Below, piece by piece: positions 38,181-51,369 of a DNA stretch of 64,000 bases. Positions within the stretch are counted from its first letter, which is position 1, and each line of letters opens with the position of its first letter. The notes below the pieces were generated by a model that saw only the letters and a program-made list of their open reading frames with translations, searched no databases and had not been told where the DNA came from. The DNA comes from Mobula hypostoma (taxonomy: Eukaryota). The DNA lies in NCBI RefSeq assembly GCF_963921235.1, contig NC_086109.1, forward strand, positions 31,436,001 through 31,500,000, given 5' to 3'. A program made the position numbers and the translations under genes.

Positions 38181-39979
38181 AACCTACACCTACTGCCATT
38201 TCTTGGTTGGTGGTAGAGGTTGTGAATTTTGGATGTGCGGTTGAAGCAGCCTCATGAGAAGCTACAGTTCTATTTGTAAGTGGCCCACATTAAATCTTCA
38301 GTTTAAAGATGGTGAGAAGGATGAATATATCAGATCTCCCATTGCTCTGCTGTTAGCTCCATCTTGTCCTCTGACACAGGAAGGCAAGGGCAATATTTGT
38401 GATAGCACATAGAACAATAATGAAATGGGATGCTTTAGCCTAGATGGTGTTGTGTTTCTTGAGTTTTATTCCAGATGCACTCATCCAGGCCGGAGTTCTC
38501 TGTCACGTTCCTGACATGTGCAATGAAGATGATGCTAAGGCAATGGGATGTCAGGAGGTTAGTGACTCTTTGAAGAAACCATCTCAGATCCATTCTGTTG
38601 CCACTGTAATTCTGTGGCTGGCACAGAGAAGTCAACGACAATCTCCAGGATGTTGATAGTTTAAAACTCAATGATTGTAGAGGAACGTGACTGGAATCTG
38701 TTTTTAAGTACTTTTGTAGTAGGATTATTATTTAACCCTGACCAGATAATGTCTGCTGACATTTACCAAGGATTTGTGAATGAAATTATCCACTCTTCAA
38801 ATAGGCAGAACTTTGCAGCAGTTTTTCAGAATTGGACTGACCGGGATTCATTAGAAAGGGTGCACAAAAATAATGCTAGTGCGAGTGGACTGGCCATTGT
38901 TGTGAGTGGGCCAGTGCCTGGAGTGGCTTTGGCTCACCAGCCTCGGGCAAGGTAAGGATATGGTAAGTTCCTCTTTTTCTTCTTAATTCTTTATTCCTCA
39001 TCTGTTTGGGCAAAGTAGTACAGTGGGACTGGTTCTAGAGGCTATGTTTTGTTCCGTGTGTGAGATGAGGGGATTTGGGGAGACCTTCAGATGTCCGGAT
39101 AAATACATCTGCACCAGGTTCACCGAGCTACAGGTCCTCAGAGAATGTATTAAGGAACTGGAGCTGCAGCTCGGTGACTTTCGGGAAAAATGAGTAGGTG
39201 ATAGATAGGAGGTACGGGGAGGTAGTCATCTGTAGATTGCAGAGGGCAGATAACTGGGTGACTGTCAGGAGAAGGATGGGAAATAAGCAGCCAGTGCAGA
39301 GTAACCCTGCGGCCGTTCCCCTCAATAATAAGTATACCACTTTGGATACTGTTGTGGGGGACGATCTACCAGAGGCAGTCGCAGTGACCGAGTCTCTGGC
39401 ACTAGGTCTGGTGCTGAGGCTCAGAAGAGAAGACAGTTGAAGAGGACTACAGTGGTGATAGGAGATTCCATAGTCAGAGGAACAGAAAAAAGATTGTGTG
39501 TGCACAAAAGAGACACCTGGAGATATATTGCCTCCCAGATGCTAGAGTCAGGGATCTGTCAGATCGGTTCAAGGCGTTCTAAAGTAGGCGAGTGAGCAGC
39601 CACAAGTCTTGGTACTTATGAGCTTCAATAACATAGGGAGGAAGGGTGAGAAGGTCTTGAAAAGAGATTTTAGGAAGCTAGGTCAAAAGCTGAGGAACAG
39701 GGCCTTTAGGGGAGTAATCTCTGGATTGCTGTCCATGTCACGCGTCAGTGAGGGTAAGAGTAGGATGATTTGACAGATGAATGCATGGCTCAGGAATTGG
39801 TGCGGGGGTGTGGGCTCAGATTTCTGGATTATTGGGATCTCTTCTGGGGAAGTTGAGGGCCTCTGTTAGTCAGAGTTGACCATGGGTATTGTGTCCTAGC
39901 TGCCTAGATATGCAAACCAGGGCAGTACAATATGGAGCACAAGCTGTTGCCCATGTAGCAAGCTCCCCCTCTCCATGCA

Positions 39980-41931
39980 GGGGCTGGGAACCAGTATGAT
40001 AGAGCTCAGGATGAGCTGGCAGGATTACAAGTAGATGATGGATGTAACATGAATGTAAGGAAGAACAAGCCAATGATCGAGTACAAATGCAGACAGCGAA
40101 AAGGGTCAAATTGTACCACAGAGGCAAAATTTAAAACGGCGAAGAATGCAGGACTGAATGCACTGTAGTTAAATGCATGTAGCATTCAGAATAAGGTGGA
40201 CAAACTCATGGCAAAATTAGAAATTGGTTGGTATGACATTGTGGGTGGATGAAAGAAGGCCATAGTTGGGAGCATAAGTCACATGTATCAGTTTCACAAT
40301 GGAATAAAGGGAACTACAGAGGCATGAGAGAGGAGCTTGCCGGGGTTGACTGGAGGAGGATACCGGTGGGGATGACAGAGATAGCTGAAGTTTCTGGGAA
40401 TAGGTGACAAGGCTCAGTATAGATATATCCCACAGAGAAAGTTCTCAAATGGCAGGGATAGGCAACCGTGGCTAACAGAGGAAGTTAAGGACTGCATAAG
40501 AGTTAACGAAAGGCCATATAAGGTAGCAAAAATGAGTGGGAAGGTGAATGATTGGGAAGTTTTTAAAAGGCAACTAAAAAAGCTATAAGAAGGGAAAACA
40601 TGAAATATGTGGGCAAACTATCCAATAATATAAAGCAGGATGCTAAAAGCTTTTTCAGATATATAAAGAGTAAAAAGGGAGATGAAAGTTGATATGAAAC
40701 TACTGGAAAATGATGCTGGTGAGGTAGTAATGGGAAACAAAGAAGTGGCAGACAAACTTAATGGGGACTTTGCATCAGTCTTCACTCTGGAAGACACTAA
40801 CAGTATGCCAGAGGTCTGTGAATGTCAGGATGCAGGGGTGAGTGCCATTATTATTACAAAGGAAAAGTGCGAGGCAAACTAGGTGGAGGGGTGGGTAGTT
40901 CTAAGGAAGCAATACTATTGCAGCAGGACTTAGACAAATTGGAAGAATGGGCAAAATTGTGGCAGATGGGATACAGTGCTGGGAAATGTATGATAAAGCA
41001 TTTTGGTAAAAGGAGCAATAGTACAGACTACACACACAAAAAATGCTGGTGAACGCAGCAGGGCAGGCACATTTTGTGTGTGTGTTGCTTGAGTTTCCAG
41101 CATCTGTAGATTTCTTCGTGTTTGTGTTTTTAAATAGTACAGACTATTATCTAAATGGGGAGAAGGTTCAAACTTTAGAGGTGCAGAGGGACTTATGAGT
41201 CCTTATGCAATACTCCCAAAAGATTAATTTACAGGTTGAGTCTGTGGTAAAGAAGGCAAATACAAGGCTGGCATTTATTTCGAGGGGATTAGAATATAAA
41301 AGGAGATAGAATATAGAATTAGAATATAAGGAGATAATGCTGAGGCTTTATAAGACACTTCTCAGACCGCATTTGGAGCATTTTCAACAGATTTGGGCCC
41401 CATATCTCAGAAATGATGGGTTGTCATTGGACAGAATCCAAAGGAGATTCACGAGGGTGATTCCGGGAATGATGGGGTTAACATACGAAGAATGTTTGTC
41501 AGCTTTGGGCATGTACTCATTGGAATTTAGAACAATATGGGGTCGTGGTCGGGGGGTGATCTCATTGAAGCCTACCGAATGTTGAAAGGACAGATAGGAT
41601 GGATACAGAGAGGATGATTGCTATTGTGGGGGTATCTAGAACTGGAGGGCATTGCCTCAAAATTGAGGGCAACCCTTTAGAGCTGAGGTAAGGCAGAATG
41701 TTTTTAGCCAGAGAGTGGTGAACCTGTGGAATACACTGCCATAGACTGTGGTGGAAGCCAAGTCCGTGGGTATTTTTAAGACGGAAGTTGATAGATTCCT
41801 GATCGGTCAGGACATCAAAGGATATGGCGAGAAGGCGGGTGTATGGGGTTGAGTGGGATCCAGGATCAGCCATGTTGGAATGGTGGAGCAAACTTGATGG
41901 GCTGAATGGCCTAATTCTGCTCCTATGTCTT
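39980..41931 (+). mobile_element. Internally deleted CR1 (CR1-B)
   Basis: ORF2 start, deletions near 40275 and 40875, MLRLYKTLLRPHLE, 3' tail; flanked by ATGCA. Confidence 0.88.
41031..41132 (+). mobile_element. ~102-bp PLE micro-insertion with an inverted arm and tail
   Basis: CACACACAAAAAATGCTGGTGAACGCAGCAGG...TTTTGTGTGTGTGTTGCTTGAGTTTCCAGCATCTG; 14-bp TSD AATAGTACAGACTA at 41017-41030 and 41133-41146. Confidence 0.9.
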
Positions 41932-42879
41932 ATGCATCTGATGAACCCAAAGGAATGACAGAGACTGATACAATTTAGTTCTAGCAGCATCACAGAAGCT
42001 GCAAGTGAACATTGAACTCAGTGTAGGATTGCTTTAGGGACTCCAGCTTTCCCTTAGGGTTTACTCCCGAAGCCTTTCCCTGTATAAGTGCATACAGCCA
42101 CAAGGCAGCAGAGTTTTGAGATCAGAGTTTTCCTTCTCCTTGATAAGCTGCCAAGCTCGGCTAACGAATCCTATCTGCCTGCAGTGACCGGTTTTAACGT
42201 ATCAGTAACCCACCTTTGCCCCTTCTCCTGTCCGTGGAAACGGTTCCGCCAGGCTTAGTAGCTAAGCCAGGTGTGACTGTCAGGAGCTGGACTTGGTTGT
42301 CAGAGGCTGTCTGAGGGGCACGCCATTGGGAGCATTTAATAGATAGTGAGAGCTTATCCCCAATACCACAACTGGCTATAACAATCTTAAGGAACCTATA
42401 CAAAAGGGATGAGTGATACCTAAACCCCAGTGGGACCAATATCCTTGCAGGCAGGTTTGTGGGGCTTTTTGTGGGGTGGGGAGAGCAGGGTTTAAGCTAA
42501 TTTGGCAAGGCGACCGGAATACAGGACTGAAGGTGTAATATTGGAATGCATGAAATTTACGGAATAAGGTAGATGAACTTGTAGCACAGTTACATATTGG
42601 CATGCATGACTTTGTGGGCATCACTGAACTATGGCTGAAAGAAGATTGTAACTGGAAGCTATACGCATTGTATTGAAAATACAGGCAGGAAGGCAAAGGG
42701 GTTGGAGTGGCTCTGTTGGTAAAAATGAAATTAAGTCATTAGAAAGAGGTGACATAGGGTCAGAAGGTGTTGAATCACTGTGGGATGAGCTAAGGAACTG
42801 CAGGGGTAAAAGAGCCTGAAAGGAGATACTGTAGGTACAGAACCTCCCCCCCCACCACCCCCCAAACAATAGTAAAGAT

Positions 42880-43690
42880 GAAAAAGAATCCACTGTTTCT
42901 CTGACGTTTTGTGACGAATAATCTATTCTTGGGCTTCCAGCCAAGTACAGGTATTGATTTTAACTGACGTTTCGATGACAAATTCTGCCATCTTCATCAG
43001 GGATGATGTTTGGGCATGTCTAGTCCAATGGTATTTACACCCCCGTGTCATCCATTCCTCCTGATCGGTTAATCCTCATCCAATCAAGTTTCCACTGTCC
43101 CACCTTACCTACAATCAAATTCCAGTTCTTATTTAGAGGAAGATCTTCATCTTTGTTAAAATTCTTTTCCTCTAGTCTTTTTCAATGATTTCCTTCACCA
43201 AGTAGTCCCAAAAGCCATTGGCACAGCACAGTGTTTTTGTGACATGAAAGTCTGTCCTATGGCCATTGCGAATTTCTCTGGGTAACCCAGATGGATACAC
43301 CTCCTGTACTCCTTGATGTGGGTTTCCACCGTGCATCCCATCTGGCCAATATATGCTCCTAATGTAGGGATTCCTGTAAACGCCAGCCGCCCTGAATTCT
43401 AGGTTGTGACTTGAGCTTCCTTCTGGGTTTGTGGATGGCAGTAATCTAGCGTTTATTCAGAATTCTGGCAATCCTTCCAAAGAAAAACATGGAATTATAG
43501 CAAAGACAGGCAGTAGCAATGGGTTCTCCCTCATTGTTAGGTTTCCTGGTTTTTCCATCAATCATTTTAAGGGCCCAATTGATTTCTTTCACCTTGTAGC
43601 CATTCTGTAGGAATATCATACATAATTGTCTCATGGAGACTCTCCAAGTCTGAAATAGTTTTTGCATGGTTAATCAAAGAAAATAGAAAA
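42880..43690 (-). mobile_element. Poseidon-like PLE 3' fragment inserted in CR1-A
   Basis: FLQNGY...I..AL and RIARIL; GIY-YIG remnant GVYR...YIGQ; hammerhead in the 3' region. Confidence 0.75.
42962..43005 (-). ncRNA. Hammerhead ribozyme of the Poseidon-like PLE
   Basis: CTGATGA-A-GATGGCA gaatt TGTCATC-GAAA-CG-TC; 7-bp stem II; stem I poorly paired. Confidence 0.7.
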
Positions 43691-46179
43691 GGTGCAGACT
43701 TAAAATTACAATGGAGAAGGAAATGCATGCCAAAAGGGCAATGTTATAATAGTCATGGAGCATTCATTATGCAGGTGGATTAGGAAAACCAATTTGTTGC
43801 TGGATCCCAAGAGAGGGAATTTCTAGAAAGCCTATGAGATGGCTTTTTAGTGCAGCTCATAGTTCAGCTATTCTGGATTGGGTGTTGTGCACCCAAATTG
43901 ATTAGAGAGCTTAAGGTAAAGGAAAGCTTGGGGTAAGTGATCATCATATGTTAGCATTCATCCTGCAATTTGAGAAGGAGAATCTAAAGTCAGATGTATC
44001 AGTATTACAGTGGAGTAAAGGGATTACAGAAGCATGAGAAAGGAATTGGCAAAAATTGATTTGGAAAGAACATTTGCATGAACAGCAATGACTGGAATTT
44101 CTGGGAGCAATTCGTAAATCACAGAATACATACATCCCGAAGAGGAAGAAGTATTCTAGAGGCAGGATGACACAACCGTGGTTGACAAGAAAATTTAAAG
44201 CCAACATAAAAGAGGAGACCTTAGAATAGAGCAAAAATCAGTGGGAAGTTCGATGATTGGGAAGGTTTTTAAAATGAATGGAAGGCAACTAAAACGTCAA
44301 AAAAGGAAAAGACGGAACACAAAGGTAAGCTGGCCAATAATATTAAAGGGGATACCAAAAGCTGCTTCAGATACATAAAGTTTAAAAGAGAGGTGAAAGC
44401 AGATGTCGGACTGCTGGAAAATAATGCTGGAGTGGTAGTAAAGGGGGATAAGGAAATGGCAGATGAACTGAATAAGTGTTTTGCATTATTCTTCACTGTG
44501 GAAGACACTAGCAGTGTGGTGGATATTCAAGATGTCAGGAGTCATGAAGTGTCTGAGGTTAACTAGAGAGAAGGTTCTTGGGAAACAGAAAGGTCTGAAG
44601 GTAGATAAGTCACCTGGACCAAATATTGTACATAACAGATTTCTGAAAGAGATGGTTGAGTAGATCATGGAGGTATTAGTAATGATTTTTCAAGAATTAC
44701 TAGATTCTGGAATGGTTCCACTCTTTAAGAAGGGAGAGAGGCAGAAGAAAGGAAATCATATGCCAGTTAGTCTGACCTCAGTGGCTGGAAGATGTTGGAG
44801 TTGATTCTTAAGTATGTAGTTTGGAGTACATGGAGGCACATGATATGTCGAGGACCATAGTCAGTATGGTTTCCTCAAGAGAGAATCTTGCCAGACAAGT
44901 CTGTTGGAATTCCTTGAAAACAAAGGAGAATCAATGGATATTGTGTACTTGGATTTTCAGAAAGCCTTTAAACAAAGTGCCACACCTGAGATTGTTAACA
45001 AGTTAAGAGCCCATGGTATTATAGGAAAGATACTAGCATGGATAAGGTAGTGGTTGATAGGCAGGAGGCAAAGAATGGGAATAAAGGGAACCTTTCTGGG
45101 TGGCTGCCAGTGAATAGTAGTGTTCCACAGGTGTCTGTGTTGGGACTATTTCTTTTTACATTATACATCAATGACCTCAATGATAGAATTGATGACTTTG
45201 TGGCTGCTTTTGCTGACAATATGCAGATAGGCGAAGGGGAATGTAGTTTTGAGGAAACAGAGAGGCTACAGAATGACTTAGACAGCTTAGGAGAATGGGC
45301 AAAGAAGTGCCAGATGGAATACAATGTCTGCAAATGTATGATCTTGCACTTTGGTAGAAGAAATAATATCATAGACTATTTTCTAAATGGAGAGAAGAAC
45401 ATTTAAAAAATTGAGATGCAAAGGGACCTGGAGGTCCTCATGCAGTACTCCCTAAAGGTTAACTTGCTGGTTGAGTCGGTGGTGAAGAAGGGAAATGCAA
45501 CGTTCGCAGTCATTTCAAGAGGACTAGAATATAAAAACAAGAATGTAACGTTGAGACTTTATGAAGCACTGATGAGGCCTCGTTTGGAGTATTGTGAGCA
45601 CTTTTGGTCCCCTTATCTTAGAAAGGGTATGTTGAAACTGGAGAAGGTTCAAAGGAGGTTCACAAAAATGATTCTAGGTTTAAACTGCTTATCATATGAA
45701 GAGTGCTAAATGGCTCTGGGACTGTATTCACTAGAATTCAGAAGAATGAGGGGTGACCTCATTGAAACCTATCAAATGGTGAAAGGCCTTGATATAGTGG
45801 ATGTGGAGAAGATATTTCCTGTGGTGGGAGAGTCCAAACAGAGGATAGAGCCTCAGAACAGATTGTTGTCCTTTTAGAACAGGTATGAGGAGGAATTTCT
45901 TTAGGCAGAGAGTCGTGATTCTGTGGAATTCATTGCCAAGGGCAGCTTTGGCGATCAGATCCTTTGGTATATTTAAGGCAGTGATTGATAGATTCTTGAT
46001 TAGTCAGGGCTTGAAGGGAGACAAGGAAAAGACAGGAGATTGGGGCTAAGAGGGAAAATGGTTCAGTTGTGATGAAAAGATGGTGCAGACCCAATTGGCC
46101 TAATTATGGTACTATATCTTGTGGTCTTATGTTCTTATGTTCAATTATTAGCAATGATTTCCACTATAGAATTTGGTGA

Positions 46180-46620
46180 GACGATAAGATATAGGAGCAG
46201 AATTAGTCGATTTTGTCCATCAAGTCTGCTCTGCCATTTGATTATGGTTGAATTTTCAACAACACTATTTTCCTGCCTTCTCCTCTTAACTATTGATACC
46301 CTTAATTATCAAAGTCTATTAACTTCCATTTATGAATATATCCAATGACTTGGCCTCCACTCCAAGTTCTGGCAATGAATTTTACAGATTCACCACTTCC
46401 TTGCTAAATAAATTCCTCCTCATCTCTGTTCCAAAGGGACATCCTTGAATTCTAAGACTCTTTCCTCTGACCCTAGACCCCACCCCGGCTATTGGAAACA
46501 TCCTCTCTACATCCAGTCCTTCTAGGCCTTTCAATAATTAGAATGTTTCAATGAGATCCCCCTCATTCTTTTAAACTCTATGTAGTGCATGTCCAGAGCA
46601 ATTAAATGCTCCTCATGTGA
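46180..46620 (-). mobile_element. CR1 3' fragment
   Basis: ATAAGATATAGGAGCAGAATTAG tail and RT C-terminal region. Confidence 0.85.
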
Positions 46621-47584
46621 TAGATATTTGCTTCGTAGGCCTGGATTCTCATGTTGGCTAAGCTCAGCTTTCTAAACACAGCAACTGCCACTGATCAAGA
46701 TCAAACAGCTGTAAGAAAACTTCCAACTAACATTGTTCAGCTTCTGGTCATAAAAGAGAGCCACTCTTCAGTTCTCAACATGTAATCAGCTTGAAGTTAA
46801 AAACAGAGCTTTGCAAACAAGCTCTGTATAGAGTCACAGACTTGCTAGCTCATAGCATCTTGACTTACTGCTCAAGTGCTGCAGTATAAGACAATATTTA
46901 TTTAATTTGTCATGTTTCAAAACAGACAATGCTAGCTAAGTTGACTTAGTTTAAGGAACCTTGCAGACCAGATAAATACAATCATTTAGCAAATCAATAA
47001 ATGGCCTATAAATGTTGGAAGTTTTATGTACTTAAGTAAGTTAACATCAAAGCATTAAGTGTAGGTAGCTGAGAAATGTGTCTCCAAAAAAGCTTTTAGC
47101 CTCTGTGTAAAAAGAGCATCTGAGGAAATATCAAAAACGTGCGAAGTCACCCAGATTGCAAAAAAAGGGTACCAAAGCATAGAGAGCAGTTTCGGCTTAC
47201 TAGAGATGGGCTAAGAAACATCAAGGAGAATGAAAGAAATATGGAATGAACTACCATCCATTCCTCTGACTTTAATTTCTTCAATGGAGGATCAATTGTA
47301 TAACTTTTCGCTAAAGGAATTGTATCTGTGTTTTGTGAATCCTTTGTGTTTTAGAAATGGTTTATAATTTGGAATTGTTTGTTAGAAATCTTCTGAGATT
47401 TTAAGGTGCTTTAAGAATGTTGATAAATTGAATGAGTATCACTGGAAATAAATGAACTCTATTTTAAACGATGTACTTTGCTAGTTGGAACCATCTTTCC
47501 CTTGGTAGGAAATGGTACGGCCACTCAAATTGTGGCTATTTTAAGCTAAACTTGCTATGGACCATAAAAAGGATGGTGAGCTAG

Positions 47585-48535
47585 TTCAAAGTACAGAATA
47601 AATTTATCATCAATGTACATACATGTTGTCATATACAACCCTGAGATTCATTTTCTTGTGGACATTCGCAGTAAATACAAGAAACACAATATAATCAATA
47701 GAAGACTGCACCCAACAGGACTGACAGACAACCAATCTGCAAAGGGCAACAAACTGTGCAAATAAATAATGCAAAAAAGAAATAATATTAATAAATAAGG
47801 AATACATATCGAGCGCAAGAGATGAGGAGTCCCTAAAAGTCATTCTATGAGTTATGGGAACATTTTAATGATTGGGCAAGTGAAGTTGAGTGAAGTTATC
47901 TCATTTGGTTTAAGAGCCTGACAGCTATGAGGTAATAATTGTTCCTGAACCTGGTTGTATGGGCCCTGAAGCTCCTGTACCTCCTTCTTGATGGTAGCAG
48001 CGAGAAAAGAACATGGCCTTAGTGGTAGAGGGAGGGAGGAAATGGTGGGGTGACCCTGATGATGGAAACTGCTTTCCTGGAACAGCACTGCATGGAAATG
48101 TGGTCAATCGTAGGGAGGGATTTACCTGTGATGGACTAGGCTATATCCAATAATTTTTGTAGAATTTTCCATTCAAAGGCATCTCTGTTTCCATACTAGC
48201 CTATGATGCAACCAGTCAATATATTCTCCACTACACATCTATAGAAATTTGTCAAAACTTCAGTTGACATGCTGAATCTTTGCATACTTCTAAAAAAGTA
48301 GAGGCACTGCAATGTTCTCTTCATAATGGCACCTATGTTCTGGATCCAGGATGGTTTCTCTGAAATGAAAACACAGAGGAATTTGAAGTTTCTGATCTTC
48401 TTCACCTCTGATTCCCCCAATGAGGATTGTCTCATGGACCTCAGGTTTCCACCTTCTGAAGTCAATTATCAGCTCCTTGGTCTTGCTGACATTGAGTGAG
48501 AGGTTGTTGTTGTGGCACCACTCAGCCAGATTGCC
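47585..48535 (-). mobile_element. Rex/Babar-like LINE 3' fragment
   Basis: FKFLCV.ISE..SW...LYFFRSMQRFSMS...NFYRCVVENILTGCI. Confidence 0.85.
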
Positions 48536-48744
48536 ATCTTTGATTTGGCTAATGACAATGATGTCTTCAGCAAACTTAAACTTATACTAGCCTTTGAAGA
48601 TTGTGTAGTTATAGTATAATCTCTCTTTAGTGAGAGTACACGTGGCAAATTATATCCAAAAGGGTTTAAAATCTTCATTTATGTTTAGAATTTCACAGAC
48701 AGCAAACCTGATACATATATTAAACCTGATACATACACACATAT

Positions 48745-49030
48745 ATTTAACCCTTTCATTTCTGGGATCATTATTGTGAATCCTCTGGACCTCCACTAAT
48801 GGCAGCTATCCTTTCTTAGACATGGGGCCCAAAAATGCTTGCAATACCCAAAATGATTCAGACCAAAGCATTATAAAGCCTCAGCATTACAGCCTTGCCT
48901 TGATCTTCTAGTCTTCCAGAAAAGGATGCTACATTGCACTTACCTTCCTTACTATTGACTCAACCTGCAAGTTTACCTTTAGGAAATCCTACACTAGAAC
49001 TTTGCTCCCCATTTAGAAAGTTGTCTGCAG
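48745..49030 (-). mobile_element. CR1 internal fragment
   Basis: Similar to 28315-28650. Confidence 0.7.
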
Positions 49031-49039
49031 CTTTATTCT

Positions 49040-49830
49040 TTCTGCTGAAGATGATGGACTCTTAGACATAGGCCTAAGAAGCTCCTGCAATGAAGATGTG
49101 CGGCTGGGGCCAATCTCTAAGAACGACAATCATCTTCCTTTCATTAGACATATAACTTCAAACACTGGGCTATTTTGCTTGCTGCCATTGAAGCCAGTTT
49201 CACCAGGACTTGATGCTGCACACAGTCAAATGCTCAATTAAATTCCAGAGGAATTTAATGCTTTGGTCCATATTAAGACAAGGCTATAACGAGGTCTGGA
49301 GTGAGTAGTCCAGGGGAAACACAAGTGATGCATGGGTGAACAAGTTATTGAACAGCATATTGCACTTGACATGTTGATGGCACTTTCCATTACTCCGCTG
49401 ATGACGGAGAGTAGAATGAGTGGGAAATAACTAGTTGGATCATATTTGTCTTGTTTCTTTGTAGACAGCACACAACCAGGCAATTTGTCACATTGCTGGA
49501 CAGAGGCCAGCTTTATAGCTGCTCTGGAATAACTTGGATTAAGGAGTGGCTAACTCTGGAATGTGTCTTCAGATCCCAAAGCATCTGCTGCTGCCAGTGC
49601 TCCCAGCTGTTTTTGGATGCCACATGGAGTGAAATGCAACCTTATTAATCTGAGGACTCATTGGAGGAGGTGCCAGGAGAAAGCCAAAATAAATTGTCCA
49701 CTTCACACCTTTGGGTAAACTTATTTGCATATGTTTCAGCTTGTCTTTAGAAGTCACATGCTGTGCCCCACCTTTGTTGAAAGTGCCCTTTCCTCTCATT
49801 ATTTGATTAATTATTCACTGTTCGGGATTG
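49040..49830 (-). mobile_element. Old CR1/L2-group RT remnant
   Basis: KKQDKYDPTSY.P..LLSVIS.VME motif. Confidence 0.55.
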
Positions 49831-50409
49831 TTAAGCAAGTGTGATCAAGAGATATGAGGACCACAGTCAGTAACACAAACAGGAACCAGCCTTCAAACTG
49901 TTGACATATAATTGAAGCAGTAATCAATCAGATACTGTTGCTTGCAAGGAGAGTAGCCTAAATGCTCATAGCAGGAGGCCACCTGAGAGATGTGGTTTGG
50001 AAGCTATCATAATTATAAGATTTTCTCATGTGCAATGACCAAACATACTGACTATGTTAATTAGCATGCATCAAACCAAGCATCAGAAGTCTTTAGCTAA
50101 GATATTTTGCTTCTTTGTTATAGAAATCAAGGGAACTTTCAGATTGCTCTTTTGCCATCTAGCACATGATTATTAGCATATTTGTTCTGCCAATCAGTAA
50201 CTGAGGATGTTCGTGTATCCAAAGAGCTATCTCTCCATACTGTGATAAACAAAGTTTATTTTAAATATCCGGGGTTTTGAGTTCAGAAGTTTTAGACCAT
50301 CCTTGCAAATTTCATTGTCTTAACAGTGGTGTTTGCTGGCCTTGTCATAGTAAATAAGTAATTCTATGGAACCATGTTTCTACACCCAAAATGTTGAAAT
50401 AAATTTATG

Positions 50410-50935
50410 AAGATCAAAGATTCAAAGATTCAAAGAACTTTATTGTCATTCTAACCATACGTCAGCTCTGCAGGGCAGAATGAGACAGCATTTCTCAGGG
50501 ACAGTGCAATCATAACATAACAAACGCAACACTAAATAATAAACATAACAATAAATAATAAAACACAACAGCCACATGTCAGTTAAATCAGTTATAAGTG
50601 TCCAGTGCAAGTTGAAAGTGTCCAAAGCAGAGTCAGGTGGAGCAGCTATTTAGCAGTCTGACTGCCTGTGGGAGGAAGCTGTTTAGTAACCTTGTGGTTT
50701 TAGTTTTGATGCTCCTGTAACATTTGCCTGATGGCAGAAGAACAAACAGTTATGGAGAGGGTGTGAGGGGTCTTTAATGATGTATCGTGTCTTCTGGAGG
50801 TATTGACTCTGAAAGAGGTCTTGGACAGAAGGTAGGGAGACCACAATAACCTTCTCTGCTCCCCTAACCACCCTCTGCAAGGCTTTTTTGTCAACAGCAC
50901 TGCAGCTGGAGTACCAGGTTGTGATGCAAAAGGTG
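50410..50935 (-). mobile_element. Rex/Babar-like LINE 3' fragment (another family)
   Basis: QRVVRGAEKVI...LPS.QDL...IIKDPSHP; (AAAGATTC)n tail. Confidence 0.8.
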
Positions 50936-51369
50936 ATAAAGTTGAGAATTTAGCAATTACATTAAATTATCTACAGTAATTTTTTTTTAACATTGATGAA
51001 TACTCAATATACTTTGAGTTCAGGGAGAATCTACCCAGAGATTCTTTGAAGTGATTCTTTCACCATATGTCCTCTGTGCGCCCGTTTGTTGTGCTGAATA
51101 AAAGCCTTTTACATCTACAGCCCCAGTCTCTGCATAGCTCATTCAAAGATGCAACATCCACTACCATTAATGATTTGATATGGCAGGACTGCATAGCTTG
51201 ATTTAGCCATTAGGTTGTGGATTATTTAACTTTTTTTTCAGGCTATTTAGCACTCATGTAATTCTGAGCTACATTTCACAATTAGCACCTTATTTTAGCT
51301 ATCTGATGCTGCTGTTGACATGCCCTTTCACACTTCTCATTGACCTAGGTTTGAGGGGCATCATGGGGA

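Larger units (their letters stand above)
39853..42375 (-). mobile_element. RTE-derived non-autonomous element in two pieces (39853-39979 and 41932-42375)
   Basis: Minus strand has an RTE 5' UTR-like motif GGAGAAGGAAAACTCTGATC; no ORF; halves rejoin across an ATGCA duplication. Confidence 0.6.
38870..46135 (+). mobile_element. Near full-length degenerate CR1 (CR1-A), interrupted at ~39853-42380 and ~42880-43690
   Basis: 5' UTR and ORF1 (VPLNNKYTTLD, GDSIVRG); ORF1 breaks after LFWG and resumes at ~42390; ORF2 APE and RT motifs to a tail at ~46120. Confidence 0.88.

Noticed and set aside
38671..38955. 94-aa ORF as an exon
   Set aside because: No recognisable motif, and its 3' part is CR1 5' UTR
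48704..48735. AAACCTGATACATA direct duplication
   Set aside because: Simple local slippage with no element between the copies
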